From Dehalococcoidia bacterium (GTDB lineage: Bacteria; Chloroflexota; Dehalococcoidia; Plut-88900): 64,000 bases of DNA. Within the stretch, counting starts at the first letter, position 1. Each line of letters starts with the position of its first letter. Location: contig OZ240215.1 in assembly GCA_965197585.1 (NCBI GenBank), forward strand, positions 2,368,001-2,432,000, written 5' to 3'. Under the pieces are notes generated by a model. It was given only the letters and a program-made list of their open reading frames with translations. It made no database searches and was not told the origin of the DNA. A program made the position numbers and the translations under genes. This document shows, piece by piece, positions 8,887-17,441 of the stretch.

Positions 8887-10236
8887 CTACCCTCTCCCGG
8901 GCAGATAGTCCTCGCCTATCTGCCCCAGCTCTTCAAGTTCCCCGTATCGTTTGGCACTCATGCCCATCAGCTCCCGGTACACGTATTCGTTGTGCTCACC
9001 TAGGCACGGTGCAGGTCTTCGGATGCTATTGGGAAAGCACGAAATTTGCCCCATAATTCCTGGATACCGGTGAGTCCCCGCCTCGGCGTGGGTGACCTCC
9101 TGGAAGAAGCCAAGGGCTTTCAACTGTGGGTCCTCGTGTGCTTGGGCGGTATTGTGTACCATCCCTGCGGGCACGCCTACCGCCTGAAGCCTCTCCATCA
9201 CCTCTCTTGAAGTGAGGCCCTGCGTCCACTCCCCAATATGAGCGTCGATCTCTTCCTGGCATCTCCACCGACCCAGCACGTGGCAGTATTTTCGATCCAA
9301 GGCCCACGCTGGGCCTCCCAGCGCCCGCACCAGCCCTTCCCACTCCTCATCGCTACCCACACTGATCGAGACCCACTGGTCATCCCCCGCGCACGGATAT
9401 ACGTTGTGCGGGGCCATGGACATGTCCGCGTTCCCAATGGCCGTTTGGACGCGCCCGTTCATCGTGTAGTCCACAAACGCCTCTGCCAGGAAGGGTACCA
9501 GGCCTTCGGAGAGGGGTGAGTCGATAAGCTGGCCTTCACCGGTAGCCTGCAGGTGACGCAGAGCAATCAGGATTGAAAAAGCCGTGGTAATCCCCGCCAC
9601 CGCATCGGAGGGATACACGTCGTCTTTCAGGGACGGGTCGATATCCGGGTAACTGCGGACCCATGTATGGCCAATGAAACCCTCGATATGGGACCCCCAC
9701 GCTTTGAGTTCCTTGTACGGGCCGGTCTGCCCATAACCCGGCATCCTGGCCATTACCAGATCGGGTTTGACCTTGCAAAGGTGAGAGTAGTCGAGTGAGT
9801 AGTAATCCAGCACGTAAGGGGGATGATTCTCTAGTACGACATCCGATATGGAAATCAGCTCCAGAAGGAGATTTCGACCCTCCTCCCGACTCTCATCGAG
9901 CGTAACGCCCAACTTGTTCCTGTTCAGCACGTTGAAACCGACGTAGCGGTTCCAGGGTCTTTCGCCCCCGTCCCAATCTGGGTAGGCCCTCGACCACATT
10001 CGCTCCCCCACGGGCACTACTCCCCTGTGGTCGACCGACAACCCCCGCGTCCCGACAGGAAACCGCTTCCGGCTCTCTACCTGTATCACTTCCGCGCCCC
10101 AGTCGGCCAATAAGGTCCCGGCATAGGGCCCGGCCCAAGCCTGAGTAATGGCAACTACACGTACGCCTTCCAAGGGAAGGGATGGGCGCTTGTTTCCACT
10201 CTGTCGAAGTGTCGACGGGTTGTCACGCATGCTCAC
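8887..10236 (-). CDS. CaiB/BaiF family III CoA-transferase (catalytic Asp retained)
   Basis: 'PLEGVRV..WAGP..LADWGAEVI', 'NRNKLGVTLD', 'YPSDAVAG', 'APCLGEHN'. Confidence 0.9.
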   Translation of the reverse strand: MSMRDNPSTLRQSGNKRPSLPLEGVRVVAITQAWAGPYAGTLLADWGAEVIQVESRKRFPVGTRGLSVDHRGVVPVGERMWSRAYPDWDGGERPWNRYVGFNVLNRNKLGVTLDESREEGRNLLLELISISDVVLENHPPYVLDYYSLDYSHLCKVKPDLVMARMPGYGQTGPYKELKAWGSHIEGFIGHTWVRSYPDIDPSLKDDVYPSDAVAGITTAFSILIALRHLQATGEGQLIDSPLSEGLVPFLAEAFVDYTMNGRVQTAIGNADMSMAPHNVYPCAGDDQWVSISVGSDEEWEGLVRALGGPAWALDRKYCHVLGRWRCQEEIDAHIGEWTQGLTSREVMERLQAVGVPAGMVHNTAQAHEDPQLKALGFFQEVTHAEAGTHRYPGIMGQISCFPNSIRRPAPCLGEHNEYVYRELMGMSAKRYGELEELGQIGEDYLPGRG

Positions 10237-10306
10237 GACGGTGAATTGTTAATTCATATTCAGGGGATGTCAATACGAACGCTCTAGAGGGCGAGTAGCA
10301 TTAGAT

Positions 10307-10335
10307 TTGACTTCAGACGTCCAGACGTCTATTAT
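10307..10335 (+). promoter_or_regulatory. Sigma70 promoter of the methyltransferase, with two GACGTC palindromes in the spacer
   Basis: TTGACT (10307) - 17 nt TCAGACGTCCAGACGTC - TATTAT (10330). Confidence 0.65.
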
Positions 10336-10345
10336 TCAAGTTGAA

Positions 10346-11485
10346 ATGACAGAGAATCGAAGCAGATATGCACCCGGACGCGTAAGGGACGGCATAATCC
10401 AGGTAATGTCCCTCACTTCGAAACACTTGTCCGTCAAGGAGATCGAAGGGCGAGTGACGCAGGTGGTTGGCCCTACCCGAGCTTCCTCGGTTCGCTCCTA
10501 TCTGAGGTTGAATACACCAACGAGGTTCATACGGGAGGAACGCGGGGTATACGCACTCCGGTCAGCGGCATCTCTCGGGACCCAGAGAGAACTGCGTTTG
10601 GAAAGGGAATGGAGTCCCCCATTTTCTTTCGGGGCGGCCACTCTTTATCACGCGGACTGCTTCGACTGGCTGGGCCAACAAGATGACAATAGCATACATG
10701 CGGTTGTCACAGATCCTCCTTATGGTCTTCACGAATACACTCAAGAACAGCAGGCCAAGCTCCGGACCGGAAAGGGTGGCGTCTGGCGCGTCCCCCCTTC
10801 TTTTGACGGCCATGTTCGTTCTCCCCTACCTCGATTTACTACTTTAACTCCAGAACAACTTGACCAAATCAGGGCCTTTTTCTTTGTGTGGGGTCGGCTG
10901 CTCATACCCAAGCTTGTACCGGGAGCAAACGTAGTTGTGGCTTCCAATCCTCTAGTCTCTTACTTGGTGTCGACAGCTTTGGCGGATGCCGGTTTCGAGC
11001 GCCGGGGAGAGATTGTGCGGCTGACAATGACTTTACGGGGAGGGGACCGACCGAAATCTGCTCACGACGAGTTCCCCGACGTAAGTGTAATGCCTCGTTC
11101 CATGTGGGAACCCTGGATCGTTTGTCGCAAACCCTTGGAGGGCAGGGTCCAGGATAATTTGCGGAGATGGAATGCCGGGGGATTTCGGCGCCCCTGCCGA
11201 GACCGGCCATTCGGGGATGTGATTCGTTCTTCGCCAACAAGGAAATCAGAGCGAGCCTTAGCTCCACACCCGAGCCTCAAGCCTCAGGCCTTTTTAAGAC
11301 AACTGGTACGCTCGATCTTACCTCTCGGAGAGGGGGTCGTCTTGGATACTTTCGCAGGGGCAGGATCAACTCTAGCTGCTGCGGAATCAGTGGGCTACTC
11401 CAGCATCGGCGTGGAGAAAGACGAGGTATATTTCGAAATGGCCCGTGGCTCAATCCCGAAACTTGCACAGGTCTCTTGGGACTAG
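10346..11485 (+). CDS. N6A/N4C DNA methyltransferase (beta-type motif order) with an N-terminal wHTH-like extension
   Basis: 'VVTDPPY' precedes 'HPSLKP' and 'LDTFAGAGST'; ATG at 10346 follows the promoter. Confidence 0.88.
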   Translation: MTENRSRYAPGRVRDGIIQVMSLTSKHLSVKEIEGRVTQVVGPTRASSVRSYLRLNTPTRFIREERGVYALRSAASLGTQRELRLEREWSPPFSFGAATLYHADCFDWLGQQDDNSIHAVVTDPPYGLHEYTQEQQAKLRTGKGGVWRVPPSFDGHVRSPLPRFTTLTPEQLDQIRAFFFVWGRLLIPKLVPGANVVVASNPLVSYLVSTALADAGFERRGEIVRLTMTLRGGDRPKSAHDEFPDVSVMPRSMWEPWIVCRKPLEGRVQDNLRRWNAGGFRRPCRDRPFGDVIRSSPTRKSERALAPHPSLKPQAFLRQLVRSILPLGEGVVLDTFAGAGSTLAAAESVGYSSIGVEKDEVYFEMARGSIPKLAQVSWD

Positions 11486-12093
11486 GCTCCACCTGCTTTA
11501 TATACCCATCTCTCCCGTAATCCCCGGATTCCATCCTTGTGTAGTGTTGCCGTGCGTGTGCCAAGTTCGCCGCGCGGGTTTTTTCGGAAGTCGTCAACCG
11601 TGACGTGTCCAAGATAAACTTCGGTGAAAGTCATGGGCCTTCGGTCCAGAGCTGGCTCCGATTCCGTATCCACCTGATATACAAACACACATAACCACTG
11701 GTTCCGAGCGCCATGGGTGTCTACGGCACCTCCGGCCTTACGTGTTGTCTTCACTTCCACCCCGTGTGTTCCAGCCTTGACCGCATTGGTAGGGTGCACC
11801 CCTTGAACTACAAGATCCGGATGTCCATTGTGATAACGATTTTCCGTAAGGACGCGTGAGTGCTTGGCCAAGCTGGCAGTCAGCATATCCGACAATACAC
11901 CAGACATTATTGCGGGCCGCAGCATATCGTCCAACCTTTGGAGGCCCTTACCGGTGAGATGAGCGTTCACGTCGAAGAAGAAGTCGTACACGTCCTGCAT
12001 TGCAAGTTCGAAGTCTTGCAGACGCAATTCATAAGGCAAGGCTAGCAGCTCGTTGAATCTACTTGCCTCTACTCTATTTCGAATAATTGGCAT
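11482..12093 (-). CDS. Putative type II restriction endonuclease (PD-(D/E)xK)
   Basis: 'GHPDL...GVEVKTT' motif; convergent with the MTase with a 4-bp overlap; both genes look less GC-rich than the flanks. Confidence 0.65.
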   Translation of the reverse strand: MPIIRNRVEASRFNELLALPYELRLQDFELAMQDVYDFFFDVNAHLTGKGLQRLDDMLRPAIMSGVLSDMLTASLAKHSRVLTENRYHNGHPDLVVQGVHPTNAVKAGTHGVEVKTTRKAGGAVDTHGARNQWLCVFVYQVDTESEPALDRRPMTFTEVYLGHVTVDDFRKNPRGELGTRTATLHKDGIRGLRERWVYKAGGA

Positions 12094-12140
12094 AGTAAAA
12101 AGTGCGGCAGTGACACAAGAAATTCTACAAGATAAGTAGT

Positions 12141-13361
12141 CTACACCACCCCCATCCGCCCCAGCCTTGCCAGCTCCGCTTTACTGTATCCCAGCTCCCC
12201 GCAAAGGACGTCCCGGTTGTGCTCCCCCAGCCAAGGAGCGGGCCTCGAGACCTGAATCGGTGTAGTGGATAGCTGTGCCGGCCTTACGGGAAAAGACTGT
12301 ATTCCCATCTCGGGATGCTCCACGTCAATCCACGGCCTCCGAACCAGCATGTGTGCGTCCTGGTGAAGCGACTCGTGGTTATGGACAGGCCCGACCATCA
12401 CGCCATGCCTCAATCCGGCATAAACAGCCTCATCGGTGGAATGCTGAAGCGCCCATAGCAGGAACTCTTCATTTACCATGGCGAGACGTTGCTCCGGGTC
12501 GGCAAACTCCTGGTTTTCTACAAGGTCGGGTTTGCCTACCATGGTCATGATTTTCTTCAGCCGACTGGGGATGGTTGGATTAAGGGTGTTGATATATCCG
12601 TCCAGGGTCGGAACAACTCCAGCCCCGGCAAGCACTATTCCCCGCGTTCTCTCCGCTATCTGGCCCGTGTAGGCGTAGTGGAGCAGGACCGGCACCCAGC
12701 GGTCGGCGGTGCCGGCCTGGGTCTCCATTGTCGAGAGATCAACGTGACTGCCAACACCCGACCGATCCCGGGAACGTGCCGCCATCATAGTCAGCAACGC
12801 CGCCACCAGCCCCGCCTGGAACTGGACTATCCTCCCGCCAGCCTTCACAGGCTCCCTATCCAGGGCGCCGCTAATGTGCAGGGGCCCCGACAGTCCGGAC
12901 AGGATCAATTCGGAGGCCTTGTACTCCCTGTAGGGCCCCTTCCGGCCAAAGTCACTGAGGGAGGCTATTACAAGGCCGGGGTTGATGTCGGACAGGTCCT
13001 CATAGCCCAACCCAATGGCCCCCATTGTTCCCGCGGGATGGTCCTCCACGACAACGTCAGCATTCTCCGCGAGTTTCCTGACCACGCGTCGCCCCACCCC
13101 CGACCCCACATCCAGCGTCACGCTGCGCTTGCCGCAGTTCACGTGGTTGTGCAACGTGCCCCGCTCGGGGTGGGGGAGGTTTCTATAGAACGGGCCGATT
13201 GTGCGAAGGGAGTTCCCTTTACCGGGCACCTCCACGTGAATAACGTCCGCCCCGAATGCACAGAGAGACCGGGCGCAGTACGCCCCCGGCAGATTGCTGG
13301 ATAGGTCCAGGACACGCAGGTCGTATAGAGGAGTGTGGGCGTTTGACAACTTTGCCTTCAC
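12141..13361 (-). CDS. CaiB/BaiF family III CoA-transferase (catalytic Asp replaced by Gln)
   Basis: 'LRVLDLS..GADVIHVE', 'GKRSVTLD', 'RIVQFQAG', 'APWLGEHN'. Confidence 0.88.
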   Translation of the reverse strand: MKAKLSNAHTPLYDLRVLDLSSNLPGAYCARSLCAFGADVIHVEVPGKGNSLRTIGPFYRNLPHPERGTLHNHVNCGKRSVTLDVGSGVGRRVVRKLAENADVVVEDHPAGTMGAIGLGYEDLSDINPGLVIASLSDFGRKGPYREYKASELILSGLSGPLHISGALDREPVKAGGRIVQFQAGLVAALLTMMAARSRDRSGVGSHVDLSTMETQAGTADRWVPVLLHYAYTGQIAERTRGIVLAGAGVVPTLDGYINTLNPTIPSRLKKIMTMVGKPDLVENQEFADPEQRLAMVNEEFLLWALQHSTDEAVYAGLRHGVMVGPVHNHESLHQDAHMLVRRPWIDVEHPEMGIQSFPVRPAQLSTTPIQVSRPAPWLGEHNRDVLCGELGYSKAELARLGRMGVV

Positions 13362-13376
13362 CGGGAGGTAGGACAG

Positions 13377-14684
13377 CTAATACAGCCGACCCATAAGTTT
13401 GGTCGCACCACCCGGGTTGCTGGCCCCGTACATCTGCCGGGCCTCGACCTCTATCTCCCCCGATGCCTCCTGGTCCCCGTGCAGCACCCGGCTCCCGCCT
13501 ATCACCCTGTCCATGGCGGGAAGTTTCACCTTGTTGTGGCTGTCCCCTGCAATCACCAGGGCGTCGGCCTCGGGGACCCAGTGCGTAAAGCCCGGGTCTC
13601 CCTCCCCTACCGTCATCTCCCCCGCCCCGATTGCCGTGCTGATCCCCGCCTCTTCACACATCCGGCATATCATCATTGTTTCGACGCTGGGATGTCCGTC
13701 GCTGAGAGGTGCGATGATTGCCGCATCCGCCCCCAGCATCTTCGCCGTACGTACCACGCTCCCCGCCTCCAGCTCCTTGTTTTCAAGCGTGTACGGAAAA
13801 GCGGAGTAGAAGAGGACGCCGAGGAAGTTTAGGTCGACGCCGTGCCGCGAATAAAGCTCTTCCACTATGGTGTTTTGCTGGTATGAGTATGTGCAGTCGC
13901 GGAAGTTGGCTGCAATCAGGAACCCGAAGTTCAACACAGCCCCGTCCATCAACTCGTTCGGGTGCATAGGCATTACCCAGTTCCGGGTCGTCGTGAAGGA
14001 GCCGTAGAAACTGGCAGCCAGGCTCTTGCACAGGTAGACGACTCCCGGCAGCTCCGGGTCCACCGGCCCGAGCTCGTAGGTTTGTGTGTGGTCGGGCGTC
14101 ATGCCCTTCACCTTCCCGGCGAGGAACTTGGCCGCTTTTAGGCACAGCTGCCGCGTGGCCTTCATCCTAAACTCGGCGTCACGGGTCCGGGTATCGACTA
14201 TGAACTGCTTTCGCCTCGCCGGATCGAGCTCCTCCCCTCCCGCTTTCGGAATGAAGTGCAGTACCAGGTTCACTGTCTGGGAGAAGGGCGAGAATTCCGC
14301 CCCAGGCCCAGACATGTCTATGATCGCCTCCCGCGCATACCAGTACTCCTCTCCAACAAAAGGCTCAGCCGTCCCGATTACCGTCATCCCCGCCAGCCTG
14401 TTCGTTACACCGCTGCCCACCTGAGTCGGGGACCCGAGCCTCCCTGGAAACACCATCCCCGGCCCCGACGCCTTGTCCCTCGGCTCCACCACGTCCACGG
14501 CATGCACTATCCGGGTGCTCTCTCCCGGCCTCGCCACCTCCATCCGGATGTCCTCGATATACGGGTCGGGGAGCAGATGCTCTTTCAGTTCCATCTTGTT
14601 GACGTACAGCGTTTTCCCCGAAAGACGCGTCTCCGAGGAGATTTCCACGTCGTGGATTTGGAAGGACGCCAGTTCAAGCCGCAT
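13377..14684 (-). CDS. Glycine/sarcosine/betaine reductase component B proprotein-like (GrdE-like)
   Basis: 'MRLEL...ARPGESTRI..DVVEPR.K..G..FPG', 'HPNELMDGA', 'LYSRHGVDLNFLGV', 'LPAMDRVIG'. Confidence 0.8.
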   Translation of the reverse strand: MRLELASFQIHDVEISSETRLSGKTLYVNKMELKEHLLPDPYIEDIRMEVARPGESTRIVHAVDVVEPRDKASGPGMVFPGRLGSPTQVGSGVTNRLAGMTVIGTAEPFVGEEYWYAREAIIDMSGPGAEFSPFSQTVNLVLHFIPKAGGEELDPARRKQFIVDTRTRDAEFRMKATRQLCLKAAKFLAGKVKGMTPDHTQTYELGPVDPELPGVVYLCKSLAASFYGSFTTTRNWVMPMHPNELMDGAVLNFGFLIAANFRDCTYSYQQNTIVEELYSRHGVDLNFLGVLFYSAFPYTLENKELEAGSVVRTAKMLGADAAIIAPLSDGHPSVETMMICRMCEEAGISTAIGAGEMTVGEGDPGFTHWVPEADALVIAGDSHNKVKLPAMDRVIGGSRVLHGDQEASGEIEVEARQMYGASNPGGATKLMGRLY

Positions 14685-14698
14685 TTCGTCCCCTTCGT

Positions 14699-16000
14699 CT
14701 AGTAGAGCCCCGCCGACAACCGCGTCGGCCCCATCGGCGCCGAGAGCCCGTACAGGTTCCGCACCTCTATCTCAACCTCAACGTCGGCCCTCCCCAGGCC
14801 GTTAAGCAGCTCCGTGCCCCCTATAACCCTCTCCACGGCCGGCAGCTTCAACGTCTCCCTGTCATTCCCTGACACCACCATCGCATCCGCCTCCGGCACC
14901 CAGTGGTTCAGCCCCGGCTCCCCCGCCCCTGCCACCAGTTGCGATACCCCAACGGCTACCTTTATCCCGGACCGCTCGCACTTCTGGCACACCATCATGA
15001 AGGCCACCCCACTGTGCCCGCTCCTGAACGGAGATATGATCGCCACATCCGCCCCGACCGCGTGGGCCAGCTTCACCGCGCTGTCGCTCTCACGCTCCTT
15101 GTGCTCCAATGTCGCCGAGTGCCCCGTGAAGAAGACCACGCCGGCGAAGTTCAGGTCCTTCCCGTGCCGACTATACAACTCCTCAATTATCGAGTTGTTC
15201 TGGTGGAAGTAGGTGCAGTCCCGGATCGCCGGCTCGACAAAACGGTCGGACAGGACCAGTACGCCGTCCATTATCTCGTTGGGATGAAGAAGCATGGCGT
15301 GGTCGGAGGAGTAGTCAGACCAACCGTAAAGGGACGATCCAACGTTGTGGTGGATGTATACGACTTTCGGCAGATCTTCATTTGCAGGAGTGAGGTCATA
15401 GGAAGTTATGTCGTCCGGTGCAGCCTCGTGCGCTGCCCGGGCCAGGTATTCGGCAGCTCGGACTGTTAGAAGCCTCGTAGCCTCAATGGCACGCTCCCCC
15501 TCGTCGTCCCATGCATCAACCTGGAAGTTCTCCTTCTCCCGCGCCCCCTGCCCCGACTTCTCCTGCACGAACTTCACCACAAGATTGACAGTCTTGGAAA
15601 ACGGACACAACTCGGCCCCCGGCCCCGACATCTCGATGACTCCTTCCCGAAAGGCCCAGTGGTCCTCTCCTGCGAAGGGCTCCGCCACCCCGACGACCGC
15701 TACCCCATTTAGGCGGAGCGTTCTCCCCTCACCTGCGCCCAATGGCGGACCCAGGAGTCCGGGGAAGACGCGGCCCGGACCCGGGGCCTTGGCCCTCGGC
15801 TCCACCACGTCCAACGTATGAATAATTCGTACGGATTCGCCGGGTCTGGCTATATCGAGTTCGATAGCCTCAAACGGCGAGACCTTGGAAAGGTGGTCAA
15901 GGAGGGCGCCTTTGTCTACGTGGAGGACGCCATTTACGAGGCCGTCCTCATCTGAAAAGACAACGTCCTTGACATCGTAGGAGGCCAGTTCCAGGTGCAT
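14699..16000 (-). CDS. Second GrdE-like reductase component B proprotein paralog
   Basis: 'ARPGESVRII..DVVEPRAK', 'HPNEIMDG', 'LYSRHGKDLNFAGV'; ATG at 16000 after a GAGG RBS. Confidence 0.8.
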   Translation of the reverse strand: MHLELASYDVKDVVFSDEDGLVNGVLHVDKGALLDHLSKVSPFEAIELDIARPGESVRIIHTLDVVEPRAKAPGPGRVFPGLLGPPLGAGEGRTLRLNGVAVVGVAEPFAGEDHWAFREGVIEMSGPGAELCPFSKTVNLVVKFVQEKSGQGAREKENFQVDAWDDEGERAIEATRLLTVRAAEYLARAAHEAAPDDITSYDLTPANEDLPKVVYIHHNVGSSLYGWSDYSSDHAMLLHPNEIMDGVLVLSDRFVEPAIRDCTYFHQNNSIIEELYSRHGKDLNFAGVVFFTGHSATLEHKERESDSAVKLAHAVGADVAIISPFRSGHSGVAFMMVCQKCERSGIKVAVGVSQLVAGAGEPGLNHWVPEADAMVVSGNDRETLKLPAVERVIGGTELLNGLGRADVEVEIEVRNLYGLSAPMGPTRLSAGLY

Positions 16001-16223
16001 GAGATCCACCTCGACGCATCGGCGCCGCTGCCGGGACTAGGGGGCTGATTATAGCACGGCTTTGACGTGCTTTCGTTGACAGCTCCCTTGCCTCGTGGCT
16101 AAGATTGTCCACGCTGACGAGGCCCTGAATTTCGGGGCCGTCAGCCACTCAATACCGCTGCCGACCAGTTAATCAAGCACTCCCTGACCGGCAGGATAAC
16201 CGGCTCCTTTCGAGAAACGAATT

Positions 16224-17438
16224 ATGTTTGACCAAGCGCTTGAAGGCGTAAAAGTCCTCGACCTTACCCAGTACATCGCCGGGCCCTTCTGCACCAAGCT
16301 CATGGCCGACTACGGCGCAGACGTCATCAAGGTCGAAAGACCCGACGGCGGAGACCCGGCCCGGCGTCTCGGCCCCTTCTACGAAGACGACCCCCACCAC
16401 GAAAAGAGCGGTCTCTTCCTCCACCTCAACACCAACAAGAGGAGCGTCACCCTAAATCTGAAGGTGACGTCCGGCCGCTTCATCCTCCACGAGCTGGTCA
16501 AGGAAGCCGACATCCTGGTCGAGAACTACGCCCCCGGTGTAATGGACGCCTGGGGCCTCGGCTACGATGCTCTCTCTGAAATCAATCCCCGTCTCGTCAT
16601 GACTTCCATCAGCAACTTCGGGCAATCGGGGCCCTACCGGGACTACAAGGCCTCCGAGTTAGTCCTCTTCGGCATGGGTGGCGAGATGCACTCCATTGGC
16701 ATGGAGGGCCGCGAACCCCTCAAGCAGGGCGGCAATGTAGCCCAGTACGAGGCCGGGGCCACCGCAGCCGCCGCCACCATGGGCGCCCTCTGGGCCGCTG
16801 ACCGCGACGACGAGGGTCAGCACCTGGACATCTCGATATTTGAGACCCAGCTCGGGGGAGTGGATCGCCGTCACGCTGCGCTGATGGCCTACGCCTACTC
16901 GGGGCGGATTAGCACGCAGCAGGCCGGCTGGGCCGGACCCGCCTTCGCGTCCGGCACACTGCCTTGCAAGGACGGCTATATCGAGATGGCCGGCGGAGGG
17001 CACCTCTTCCCCAGGGTCGTCAAGATGCTGGGCAACCCCGAGTTCCTGCAAGACCCCAAGTGGCTGGAGCCCGGCGCGGGCGCCGACCCCGAACTCCAGG
17101 AAGAGCTCAACGAGTTCTTCATTCCCTGGCTTATGGAGCGCACCAAGCGCGAGATATGGGAGGAGGGGCAGAAGGCCCGCGTCCTATGCGGCCCCCTCTA
17201 TTCCATGACCGACCTGGTTCACGACCCCCAGTTCACCGGCAGGGCCTTCTGGACGAAGCTCGACCACCCCCACACGGGCCCCATCTCCTATCCGGGCGCT
17301 CCGACCCGGATGGCCGAGACCCCGCGCCAGATGAGACGTCCCGCCCCTGAGCTTGGCCAGCACCTGGAAGAGGTGTACGGGCACCTGGGCTACAGCAGGG
17401 ATGACCTGACAAGGCTCCGGGAGAGGGGCGTCATCTAA
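16224..17438 (+). CDS. CaiB/BaiF family III CoA-transferase (Asp replaced by Gln)
   Basis: 'ALEGVKVLDL..AGPFCT..DYGADVIKVE', 'NTNKRSVTLNL', 'NVAQYEAG'. Confidence 0.9.
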   Translation: MFDQALEGVKVLDLTQYIAGPFCTKLMADYGADVIKVERPDGGDPARRLGPFYEDDPHHEKSGLFLHLNTNKRSVTLNLKVTSGRFILHELVKEADILVENYAPGVMDAWGLGYDALSEINPRLVMTSISNFGQSGPYRDYKASELVLFGMGGEMHSIGMEGREPLKQGGNVAQYEAGATAAAATMGALWAADRDDEGQHLDISIFETQLGGVDRRHAALMAYAYSGRISTQQAGWAGPAFASGTLPCKDGYIEMAGGGHLFPRVVKMLGNPEFLQDPKWLEPGAGADPELQEELNEFFIPWLMERTKREIWEEGQKARVLCGPLYSMTDLVHDPQFTGRAFWTKLDHPHTGPISYPGAPTRMAETPRQMRRPAPELGQHLEEVYGHLGYSRDDLTRLRERGVI

Positions 17439-17441
17439 CCA

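Noticed and set aside
13377-16009. Selenocysteine recoding in the grd-like locus
   Set aside because: No in-frame TGA in these ORFs and no GrdB/GrdA-like frame found nearby
16114-16145. CTGACGA-stem resembling a hammerhead ribozyme core
   Set aside because: The stem is followed by GTCA rather than the essential GAAA; it folds as a simple hairpin
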